DNA from: Patescibacteria group bacterium
Lineage (GTDB): Bacteria; Patescibacteriota; Minisyncoccia; Phycocordibacterales; SIBU01
Assembly (NCBI GenBank): GCA_040390045.1
Contig: JAZJZC010000005.1
Span: forward strand, 3,360 to 67,359
Direction of reading: 5' to 3'
DNA: 64,000 nt
Position 1 is the first letter of the stretch. Each line of letters opens with the position of its first letter. Both the position numbers and the translations under genes were made by a program. Shown here piece by piece: positions 20,790 to 29,257 of the stretch. The notes under the pieces were generated by a model. It did not search any database and was not told where the DNA came from. It saw only the letters and a list, made by a program, of their open reading frames with translations.

Positions 20790-21695
20790 ATGAAAAAAAT
20801 AAAAATTGGATACGTTGGTTTGGGGAAAATGGGATTAAACATGGTTTTGCGAATGCAGGAGAAGGGCTACAGCGTTGTGGCGTATAACCGAAGTGAGGCA
20901 CCCAGAATTGAAGCAAAAAAAGCGGGAATTCCTGTCGCTCAGTCATTGCAAGAGTTAGTCTCGAAACTTTCAAAACCACGGACGGTGTGGCTTATGGTTT
21001 CCAATTCGGCTGTTGATGAAGTGCTCACTGAAGTTTCAAAATATTTGGAACGAGGTGATACGGTAATTGATGGCGGTAACTCCTTTTACAAAGATTCGAT
21101 TCGACGAGCGGGTGAACTTAAGAAAAAGGGAATTGAATTTCTTGACGCAGGAGTTTCAGGAGGACCTAAGGGCGCGCGAGAAGGAGCCTGCATTATGGTT
21201 GGCGGAAAAAGAGAAGTGTACGAAAAATACGAAAAGCTTTTCAAGGATTTAGTTTCGCCTAAGGCTTTGGGACTTATGGGCAAAGCTGGCGCGGGGCATT
21301 TTGTAAAAATGGTTCACAATGGCATTGAGTACGGCATGATGCAGGCCATCGCTGAAGGGTTTGCCATTATGAAAAAATCTGATTTTAAATTGGATTTGGA
21401 ACAGGTAGCGGATTTGTATAATCATAAAAGTGTGGTTGAATCGAGACTTATCGGCTGGTTGGCGAGCGGTTTTAAGAAATACGGAACTGATCTCGGAGAG
21501 ATCTCTAGTACCGTGGGACACCTGGGAGAAGGCGAGTGGACGGTTCAAGCTGGCAAGGAACTCGGTATTCCGACACCAGTGATTGAGGCCTCATTTCAAT
21601 TTCGTGTAGCATCTGCAAAAAACCCAAGTTACACTGGCAAGGTGCTTTCGACTTTACGAAATCAATTCGGGGGACACGGCGCAGGCAAAAACTAG
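20790..21695 (+). CDS. gnd: decarboxylating 6-phosphogluconate dehydrogenase (short type)
   Basis: GLGKMG, IDGGNS, DAGVSGG, GHFVKMVHNGIEYG, LRNQFGGH. Confidence 0.96.
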   Translation: MKKIKIGYVGLGKMGLNMVLRMQEKGYSVVAYNRSEAPRIEAKKAGIPVAQSLQELVSKLSKPRTVWLMVSNSAVDEVLTEVSKYLERGDTVIDGGNSFYKDSIRRAGELKKKGIEFLDAGVSGGPKGAREGACIMVGGKREVYEKYEKLFKDLVSPKALGLMGKAGAGHFVKMVHNGIEYGMMQAIAEGFAIMKKSDFKLDLEQVADLYNHKSVVESRLIGWLASGFKKYGTDLGEISSTVGHLGEGEWTVQAGKELGIPTPVIEASFQFRVASAKNPSYTGKVLSTLRNQFGGHGAGKN

Positions 21696-21775
21696 GAAGT
21701 TTTTGCCTGCGAATTTTCAATTTTACAATTTTCAATTTTCAAATAAATCCCGAAATTATTAAATTCCAGACTGTA

Positions 21776-21801
21776 AATTTGTACGATATATCGTACAAAT
21801 T
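21776..21801. repeat. 26-bp perfect palindrome after an ATTTTCA heptamer tract
   Basis: aatttgtacgata|tatcgtacaaatt; half-copy near 58691. Confidence 0.75.
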
Positions 21802-21819
21802 GAGTCCAATAAAAAAACT

Positions 21820-22446
21820 ATGAAAATTTTCGACATCTCGGTACCACTCAACGAAAAAACCGTTATCTATCCGGGTAACGTACCGCTCGAGATTTCTATG
21901 CATCACGAAATGCCGGCACACACGACGCATCTTTCGAAGATTGTTATGGGCTCACACACCGGAACGCATGTGGATGCGCCGAGTCACGCAGTGGCGGGTG
22001 CTTCATCACTCGATCAGATCCCACTCGGGGTTTTTGTTGGTCCATGCAAGGTGATTGATTGCACTCAGAGTGTAGGTTCGGTAAAGACTGCTGACCTAGG
22101 TAAGCATTCTATTGTTAAAGGAGATCGAATTTTGATTAAAACCAAAAATTCCGCGCGAGGTTTTGAAAAATTTTACGATGATTACGTCTATCTCGATGGT
22201 GACGCCGCAGAATATCTTTCTCATTTAGAAATCACACTTTTTGGTATCGATTATTTTTCAGTTAAGCAACGAGGAAGTAAAGATCAACGTCCGCACACGG
22301 CATTACTTTCTCACAATATTCCCATTATCGAAGGAATCGATCTCTGCCAAGTGCCCGCTGGCAATTACACACTTGTTTGTCTGCCGCTTAAATTTACCGG
22401 GATTGAGGGTGGTCCAGCGAGAGTGATTCTCGTAGATAATTTGTAA
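21820..22446 (+). CDS. cyclase-family (KynB-like) metal-dependent hydrolase
   Basis: YPGN, HTGTHVDAPSH, GIDYFSV, IIEG, LPLK..G.EGGPAR. Confidence 0.92.
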   Translation: MKIFDISVPLNEKTVIYPGNVPLEISMHHEMPAHTTHLSKIVMGSHTGTHVDAPSHAVAGASSLDQIPLGVFVGPCKVIDCTQSVGSVKTADLGKHSIVKGDRILIKTKNSARGFEKFYDDYVYLDGDAAEYLSHLEITLFGIDYFSVKQRGSKDQRPHTALLSHNIPIIEGIDLCQVPAGNYTLVCLPLKFTGIEGGPARVILVDNL

Positions 22447-22460
22447 ATAAAAGAACATTT

Positions 22461-22496
22461 TTTTGCTCCACTTTAGTTAACTAAAGTGGAGCAAAA
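22461..22496. repeat. 36-bp perfect palindrome containing ACTTTAGTTAACTAAAGT (copy 2)
   Basis: ttttgctccactttagtt|aactaaagtggagcaaaa. Confidence 0.85.
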
Positions 22497-22512
22497 TAGT
22501 TCTATTTAAATT

Positions 22513-23895
22513 ATGAGAGTATCAAAAGAAGAAAAAGAAATAGTTGAGAAAATTAAATCTAGAAACTGGGAAAACCGAGTTCAGAGGCCCGGATTTTTTC
22601 AGTCGAAGCAAATTGTGTGTGAGGCACTTGGGCAGAAAACATGGCTTACAAAACATATCGCTGTTTCCGATAAAAATAGTTTTTGGGTTAGGAATTCCGC
22701 GATTTATGACCAAGATTTTACAGATAATTTAAACAAGGTGATTTTTCCGAATGCTTTTAAGGAAGATCCACATTGGCCAATAGAGGTATTTAAAAATATT
22801 GAACAATCTGCTAAGAAAAAAGATGAATTGGTTGGGAAATTTACTGAAACGGATTGGAGTAGGACGAGCACAGATGAAAAGATTTTTTGGTTGAATCGGT
22901 ACGTCGAAATTTTGCTGGAAATTCAAAAATACTATGCTTTTACAGTACCGTTGACAAATTATTGCGAGAAAATTTTAAAGGAGCGTAACCCGTCATTACT
23001 TGAGTATGCGGTACAGTACAAACCGCTTGATGTTGATCGTATGAATGAATCGCTCATCGAAATCAAAAGAGCAAAAAACGAGAATAGTCAAAATTTAGAT
23101 AATCTTTTCTTAAAACATCTAGCGCAGTTTGGGTGGATTAAATCGAATTATAATATTCTTGAGCCGTATACTAAGGAAGATGTTTTGAGTGAAATAAAAC
23201 ATGATATTTATGTCTTTCAACCGAGAGAAGCGCCGGAAAATCCTTACAAACATTTTGTAATTGGACTTCAGGTTGGTATCTACTTGCGTAATCGAGCCAA
23301 AGAATTATCCCAACAAATTTGGTTTGCATATGAAAACTTGGCTAAACAGTTGGCGACGGATGTATCATTGTCACGAGAGGATTTTTTGCAATTAAGCTAT
23401 AGAGAGGTCGAGGCCTCGCTGAACCAAGGCCGACTCACAATTAGCGGGGAAGAAATAGAAAGAAGGCATACAGGATTTATTCTCGGTGTTTTTGAAGGTA
23501 GAGATTTGTTAATAGCAGGAAAACTTGTTGATGAGTTGTTTGATTTTTTTAATCCTAAAAATTTTACGAATGTAAAGGAAATTTCTGGTACCGTTGCTTG
23601 CAAGGGTGTTGTGAGAGGAAAAGTGAAAGTGGTTATGACCATGGCTACAATCAATAAGCTGGAAGAAGGCGATATTTTGGTTACAAGCATGACTACGCCT
23701 GATTTTGTGGTTGCGATGAAAAGAGCGGCTGGGATTGTAACCGATGAGGGTGGACTCTCTTGTCATGCCGCGATAGTTTCGCGGGAACTTAGAAAGCCCT
23801 GTATAATTGGGACAAAGATTGCTACTAGGGTTTTAAAAGATGGGAATCTTGTTGAAGTTGATGCAGTAGTTGGGATTGTTAGATTAATTAAATGA
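22513..23895 (+). CDS. PEP-utilising phospho-His swivel-domain protein 2
   Basis: GDILVTSMTTPD..TDEGGLSCHAAIVSRELRKPCIIGT. Confidence 0.9.
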   Translation: MRVSKEEKEIVEKIKSRNWENRVQRPGFFQSKQIVCEALGQKTWLTKHIAVSDKNSFWVRNSAIYDQDFTDNLNKVIFPNAFKEDPHWPIEVFKNIEQSAKKKDELVGKFTETDWSRTSTDEKIFWLNRYVEILLEIQKYYAFTVPLTNYCEKILKERNPSLLEYAVQYKPLDVDRMNESLIEIKRAKNENSQNLDNLFLKHLAQFGWIKSNYNILEPYTKEDVLSEIKHDIYVFQPREAPENPYKHFVIGLQVGIYLRNRAKELSQQIWFAYENLAKQLATDVSLSREDFLQLSYREVEASLNQGRLTISGEEIERRHTGFILGVFEGRDLLIAGKLVDELFDFFNPKNFTNVKEISGTVACKGVVRGKVKVVMTMATINKLEEGDILVTSMTTPDFVVAMKRAAGIVTDEGGLSCHAAIVSRELRKPCIIGTKIATRVLKDGNLVEVDAVVGIVRLIK

Positions 23896-23896
23896 T

Positions 23897-24955
23897 ATGG
23901 ATATAGAAAAATTTAAACATGCAGACTGGACGAAAATTTGGGCGGGATCATGGAGTTTTTTGACATGTTTTCATTTTGGCAATGATTACACAAAAGAAAT
24001 TCACTTCGGAAGTCATCCCGTTTTCAGTCAGAGTATTATTTTTGTAAAAGAAGGCAAAAGTAATGGGTGGGCAACTCAAACAGACAGGGACCGTTTAGGT
24101 AATTTTCTTGCAACGGAGGTTAAAAATAATCCCGATAAAGCGTTAGAAGTTTGTTCTGAATTAAAGAAAGAAGTTGATTCGATTATAAATTTTTTGGATA
24201 CAAACGTTGCAGCTCAACCAAGTTTGGAAATTTACAATGATTTTTGGAACCATGTACTTCTGTACTACACACCGCATATTAATGTTAAATATGTTGTTGA
24301 TTATTTGGAACCAGAACTTTTGCAGAAGTTGTTACCACATCTTGAAGAAGCTCGTTTGTATGCCGAACCAGTTTTCAAGAGAACCGAAGATTTTATGATC
24401 TCAACAGCGCAAGCTATTGGTCAAAAAATTAATCTACCATATGAGCTTGTGCTTTGCACGACGAAGTCTGAGATGGACGAATATTTTAAAGGCGGCATTT
24501 TTCCGAAAAGGAACGTTCTTGAAGAGCGAAATAAGGGAGCGGTAATTTTATTTGATGAAACAGACTCGATGGTCATTACTGGTGCTGATGTACAGAAGGT
24601 TGAGGACATTGTTACTAAACAAACTGCAACCAATGTGATTAAGGGAATGGTTGCCTATAAAGGTAAGGTGACTGGCCGCGCTGTGATTATTCTCGATCCA
24701 ACAAAAGCCAATCATTTTGTTGAGGGAGATATTTTAGTGACAGGAATGACGCGACCCGAATATTTATCAATTATGGAAAAGGCAGCAGCCATTGTTACTG
24801 ACGCAGGAGGTATTCTTTCGCATGCCGCCATTTCTGCTCGAGAATTGAAAAAACCTTGTGTCATTGGAACACAGGTTGCGACAAAAGTTTTGAAGGACGG
24901 GGACTTGGTGGAAGTGGATGCTGATAGTGGAATAATTCGGTTATTAAAAGCCTAG
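23897..24955 (+). CDS. PEP-utilising phospho-His swivel-domain protein 3
   Basis: GDILVTGMTRPE..TDAGGILSHAAISARELKKPCVIGT. Confidence 0.9.
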   Translation: MDIEKFKHADWTKIWAGSWSFLTCFHFGNDYTKEIHFGSHPVFSQSIIFVKEGKSNGWATQTDRDRLGNFLATEVKNNPDKALEVCSELKKEVDSIINFLDTNVAAQPSLEIYNDFWNHVLLYYTPHINVKYVVDYLEPELLQKLLPHLEEARLYAEPVFKRTEDFMISTAQAIGQKINLPYELVLCTTKSEMDEYFKGGIFPKRNVLEERNKGAVILFDETDSMVITGADVQKVEDIVTKQTATNVIKGMVAYKGKVTGRAVIILDPTKANHFVEGDILVTGMTRPEYLSIMEKAAAIVTDAGGILSHAAISARELKKPCVIGTQVATKVLKDGDLVEVDADSGIIRLLKA

Positions 24956-24971
24956 TTGTTATTTTAGTTTT

Positions 24972-25859
24972 ATGAATATTAACGAAATGCCACCTAAGCA
25001 AGAGAGTCAGGAAATTATTTCCAAGATACAATTACATTTTTTCAGACACGGTGAACAGTTTAAGGATCCAGCAAAATCTGACCCTGAATACGAACTTTCT
25101 GCGGCTGGACGAGAGCAGGGAATGAATAAAGCGAAGTCAATTGAGGAAAGACCGAACCTCCGGCAGACCATGGCTTTTGGGAGCCCGAGAGCACGGTCAC
25201 AACAGACTGCCTCTTTTGCGATGGCTGGCCAGGCGCTCGATAGTGTTGTTGGTGACGAATCGCTGAAAGAACTTAAGGCAAAACTGGATGGAGATATTTC
25301 CTACGGATCTAAGGTAATGAGTGATCCTCGTCTCGATTTTACTATGGATAAGGATACCCCATTTGGAGCAAAAGCATTTGAAGCTTTTTCAAAGAAAGAA
25401 TATATGAAGTTTTTAGTTAATTCAAGTGATGCATTGGCGAAGGAAGTAAAAGACTCGAAAGGGTCAACATACTCAAGACAAGCTGGAGATGTGGCTCAAG
25501 TAGTAAAGAAATATCTTTCAGTCTCTAGCCGATGGAAGGAACTTGTCCAAAGTGGTAAATATCAAGATCCCAAACTCGAGCGATTTTTAGGTTCTCATGG
25601 TGGTGTAACCGAGTCTTTTTTGTTTAAGGTGATTGAAAAAACTAAAGGAATAGAGGAGCGTGACAGACTTCTAGCTCTTATTCCAAACATTTTTGATTTT
25701 ACGGAAGGTTTTGATGTCGAACTTGTAACCACTGACAGAAATAGCGAACCAGCAGTTAGGATTATTTACAAGAAGGAATTGCCTGGCGGCAAAAAGTTTA
25801 AATTTAACGAAGTTGTTCCGATTGAAGTTATTGAGGAAATTGTAAAAGAAGGAAAATAA
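24972..25859 (+). CDS. histidine phosphatase superfamily protein
   Basis: FFRHGE, LSAAG, SPRARSQQTA, GSHGG. Confidence 0.8.
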   Translation: MNINEMPPKQESQEIISKIQLHFFRHGEQFKDPAKSDPEYELSAAGREQGMNKAKSIEERPNLRQTMAFGSPRARSQQTASFAMAGQALDSVVGDESLKELKAKLDGDISYGSKVMSDPRLDFTMDKDTPFGAKAFEAFSKKEYMKFLVNSSDALAKEVKDSKGSTYSRQAGDVAQVVKKYLSVSSRWKELVQSGKYQDPKLERFLGSHGGVTESFLFKVIEKTKGIEERDRLLALIPNIFDFTEGFDVELVTTDRNSEPAVRIIYKKELPGGKKFKFNEVVPIEVIEEIVKEGK

Positions 25860-25865
25860 AATTTT

Positions 25866-26942
25866 GTGGAACTTTCTGATTTCAAAAAACACACTGATTG
25901 GGTAAAAGTTTGGTCTTCTAGAGGAAGTCTGGCTTTCGATTCTCATTTTGGAGATCAGTGTACAAAGCAAAGTGATATTTCAAGTAAGCCATTTTTTGCT
26001 AAGACGGTGACGTTTTACAAAAATGGCATTTCTCATGGGTGGGTACGTGGTGAAGATAAAGATGATTTAGGTGACAGACTAAGCTCTTTGGCGAGGGAAG
26101 ATAGTACGTTTGTAGAAAAAATATCAAATGGTTTGATTTCTCATACAGACAGGGTAGCTTCTTTTATAGACTCTCAAAGTGTAAAAAATTTTGGACTTGT
26201 CGAATTTAATGAATTTTGGAAGGTAGTCCAAGATTATTTTTTATACCATGTGAGTGTTAAGTATATTGTTGATCGTCTTTCGATTGAAGATCTAGATAAA
26301 TTTTTACCAACACTTGAAAAGGCAAGGTTGTATTGCGAACCCGCATATAGAAATATCGAAAATTATATAGAACTTCTCGCTGAGAGAGTGGTCACGGAAA
26401 CTTCATACACCAAAGAAATGATTTTGGCCCTAACCAAGGAAGAATTCAGATCGTATTTTCAAGGTAATTTATTGCCGGATAAAGCCCAGCTAAAAAATCG
26501 GCATGAAAGTTCTGTACTTATTTTCGATTCCAAAGAGAGTCAGGTTTTTACTGGTATGGCTGTAGATGAAATTGAAAAAATCGTTTCATCTTTTTTGGCA
26601 CCCGATCTTATAAAAGGTCAAGTTGCTTTTGTGGGGAAGGTTATTGGTAAAGTAAAAGTGATCTCTAATCCATTGAAGGACGGGGGAAAGTTTGACGATG
26701 GAGATATCTTAGTAACCGGGATGACTCGACCAGAGTTTTTACCGCTCATGAAAAAAGCTGCAGCGTTTGTAACTGATGCGGGTGGAATCCTTTCTCATGT
26801 TGCTATTACGGCGCGTGAGTTGAAAAAGCCCTGTGTTATTAGTACCCAAGTTGCTAGCAAGGTTTTAAAGGATGGGGATTTAGTAGAGGTAGATGCCAAT
26901 TTAGGGATTGTAAAGATTTTAAAGAGAAACGGAGACAAATAA
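25866..26942 (+). CDS. PEP-utilising phospho-His swivel-domain protein 4
   Basis: GDILVTGMTRPE..TDAGGILSHVAITARELKKPCVIST; N-terminus resembles protein 3. Confidence 0.9.
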   Translation: MELSDFKKHTDWVKVWSSRGSLAFDSHFGDQCTKQSDISSKPFFAKTVTFYKNGISHGWVRGEDKDDLGDRLSSLAREDSTFVEKISNGLISHTDRVASFIDSQSVKNFGLVEFNEFWKVVQDYFLYHVSVKYIVDRLSIEDLDKFLPTLEKARLYCEPAYRNIENYIELLAERVVTETSYTKEMILALTKEEFRSYFQGNLLPDKAQLKNRHESSVLIFDSKESQVFTGMAVDEIEKIVSSFLAPDLIKGQVAFVGKVIGKVKVISNPLKDGGKFDDGDILVTGMTRPEFLPLMKKAAAFVTDAGGILSHVAITARELKKPCVISTQVASKVLKDGDLVEVDANLGIVKILKRNGDK

Positions 26943-26965
26943 AATGGCTGTGGTAAGCTGGGGGA

Positions 26966-27361
26966 ATGATTACGCCAATTATTGAGGGAAAAGTCATAAA
27001 AGGCGACGGATATGGCCGGAAGCTGGGGTTTCCGACAGCGAATTTGGATAGGAAACAGTTTTTGAAAGACAAAATGGATTTGCCGCTCGGGGTCTACGCC
27101 GGTGTGGTTTTTTTGCATCATCTCAAAAAAATTCTAAAAACGGCGATTGTGATTGGTCCGCTCGACAAGAAAAAAACTCCGAAAATCGAAGCGCATATTT
27201 TAGGTTTCAAGGGGAAGTTGTATGGAAAAAAGTTGACGCTCTATCCCTATAAATTTCTCAGACCCTTTGAAACTTTTAAAACCGAAAAACTTTTAATTGC
27301 TCAGATTAAAAAAGATGTGAAGCGGGTTGAAAAGGAGGTGGCGGCTCCGCCGTTATTTTAG
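26966..27361 (+). CDS. stand-alone riboflavin kinase (RibF C-terminal domain only)
   Basis: GDGYGRKLGFPTANL, GVYA, IEAHIL, LYG, FLRP, QIKKD. Confidence 0.92.
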   Translation: MITPIIEGKVIKGDGYGRKLGFPTANLDRKQFLKDKMDLPLGVYAGVVFLHHLKKILKTAIVIGPLDKKKTPKIEAHILGFKGKLYGKKLTLYPYKFLRPFETFKTEKLLIAQIKKDVKRVEKEVAAPPLF

Positions 27362-27441
27362 TCTGCTAAAGTAACGGCGGACGTAGGTTTTTTTTGTTTG
27401 GTATTGTACAATGTTGTGATTATTATATTTAAAATGCATTC

Positions 27442-28371
27442 ATGGATATGAAAGATTTACTAAGAAAATTTGGTCCCTATCTGATTTTTTTTGCCGCTAT
27501 GCTTTGGGCGACCGACGCGCCGTTTCGACTGCATTTGACGAAAGATTTACCAAGCAACCTGATTGTGTTAGGAGAGCACTTTTTTGACATCTTGGTTGCC
27601 ATTCCCTTTATTTTTCTCGGATGGTCTGAAATTAAAAAGTTAACCTGGAAAGGCTGGCTCTCGGTGATTTTTGTCGGAGTCTGTGGATCAGCTTTAGGTT
27701 CTGTCGCGTTTACCGAAGCATTTCATTATGTAAACCCTTCGGTGGCGATTTTACTTCAGAAATTACAGCCGTTTATTGCTATTGGACTTGCTATGCTTTT
27801 GCTTAAGGAAAAATTACCAAAATATTTTTGGCCACTAACATTTTTCGCAGTTTTTGCTGCCTACATTATTTCCTTTTCGGGCTTTGTCCCAAAACTGTAT
27901 CCAGGCGAAGCATTTAACCCTAATTTTGAGGGAGTTAAGCTAGCTCTTTTAGCCGCGATTTTCTGGGCGGCTTCGACTGTCCTCGGCAAATATGCACTGG
28001 AAACAGTTAGCTTCAAAACGATGACCGCTTTGCGTTTCGTCATCGGTTTCGTGTTTTTAATTGGACTCAACATTCACGATGCAACACTTGGCACTATCTC
28101 AAACATTACGACGAAAGATTGGTTTTATATTCTTATCATCGCGGTCACATCAGGAATTGTTTCTTTGTTTTTGTATTACAAGGGTTTGGAAAGTACCAAA
28201 GCTTCTGTGGCTACGGTTGCTGAGCTCGGGTTTCCACTTGCGGCAGTTGCGGTCAATGCTGTGTTTATCAGTATGCCAATCACCTGGGTACAGATAGTCG
28301 GCATGATCGGACTTTTGGCGGCGATTTATCTTTTGACTCGTTCGCAGAGTCAGCCTGAAATAACCTCTTAG
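27442..28371 (+). CDS. DMT/EamA family transporter
   Basis: About 10 TM helices in two repeats; LLQKLQP, YYKGL..TKASVAT. Confidence 0.9.
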   Translation: MDMKDLLRKFGPYLIFFAAMLWATDAPFRLHLTKDLPSNLIVLGEHFFDILVAIPFIFLGWSEIKKLTWKGWLSVIFVGVCGSALGSVAFTEAFHYVNPSVAILLQKLQPFIAIGLAMLLLKEKLPKYFWPLTFFAVFAAYIISFSGFVPKLYPGEAFNPNFEGVKLALLAAIFWAASTVLGKYALETVSFKTMTALRFVIGFVFLIGLNIHDATLGTISNITTKDWFYILIIAVTSGIVSLFLYYKGLESTKASVATVAELGFPLAAVAVNAVFISMPITWVQIVGMIGLLAAIYLLTRSQSQPEITS

Positions 28372-28376
28372 AGAAT

Positions 28377-29135
28377 ATGCTCGCTGATTTCCAAAAACCG
28401 ATTCGTTTCGCGTCTATTAATATTGAACACAACCTCCACTACGATAGGATTTTTCCATTTCTAAAAAATTTTCAACCGGACGTTTTTTGTGCTCAAGAAA
28501 TTTTCGAATGTGACATCCATATGTTCGAACAGGAACTTGGCATGAAATGCGTTTTCGCGCCGATGGCCAAGAGACAAATTGCCGATGACAGTCCTCTTGC
28601 ACCACTCACGCTTTCGGGTGTTGCTATTTTTACTCGATTATCTTTGGTCAATTCTTCCATACGCTATTATGTTGGTAGTGCGGACGCGATACCCTTATTT
28701 TACAAAAACCCCGAAGTAGGAACTACCGTCATAAACAAAGTTCTTCTTTCGGTTGAGCTTTCTTGTGATGATGTTTTGTATACCTTTGCTACGACTCATT
28801 TTACGTGGACCAAAAATGGTGAAGCCACCGACGAGCAACGTGTGAATCTTAAGGAGCTTTTTTCGATACTCGATACTATGCCTGACTTTGTTTTGTCAGG
28901 GGATTTTAACGCTCCACGTGGGCGAGAGATTTTTACTTCTATTGCGAATCGATACAGAGATAATATTCCTACGCATTACAGAACAAGTATCGATGGGAAT
29001 CTTCATCGAGCGGGTGATTTACAGCTTATGGTTGACGGACTTTTTAGTACGCCACAATACACAATTTCTGAAGTGAAGCTGACTGAAGGTGTCAGTGATC
29101 ATCAAGCGGTCACGGCGATTATTTCAAAAAAGTAA
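28377..29135 (+). CDS. endonuclease/exonuclease/phosphatase family protein
   Basis: SINIE, PDVFCAQE, TTHF, GDFN, VDGLF, SDH. Confidence 0.9.
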   Translation: MLADFQKPIRFASINIEHNLHYDRIFPFLKNFQPDVFCAQEIFECDIHMFEQELGMKCVFAPMAKRQIADDSPLAPLTLSGVAIFTRLSLVNSSIRYYVGSADAIPLFYKNPEVGTTVINKVLLSVELSCDDVLYTFATTHFTWTKNGEATDEQRVNLKELFSILDTMPDFVLSGDFNAPRGREIFTSIANRYRDNIPTHYRTSIDGNLHRAGDLQLMVDGLFSTPQYTISEVKLTEGVSDHQAVTAIISKK

Positions 29136-29257
29136 TTTCTAGCTGGATTGAAGTTTTAGAATTGCAAAATTTTTAATCTTTTACAATATTTGCTAAAACA
29201 TTTTGTTTTATGCTAGTGTTATAAGGAGATTATAGGAATTAATTTCTGCAAAAAACC

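Noticed and set aside
19475-26942. PTS enzyme I or full PEP synthase calls for the four paralogues
   Set aside because: The His domain is C-terminal and there is no PEP-binding TIM barrel or ATP-grasp domain in these proteins.
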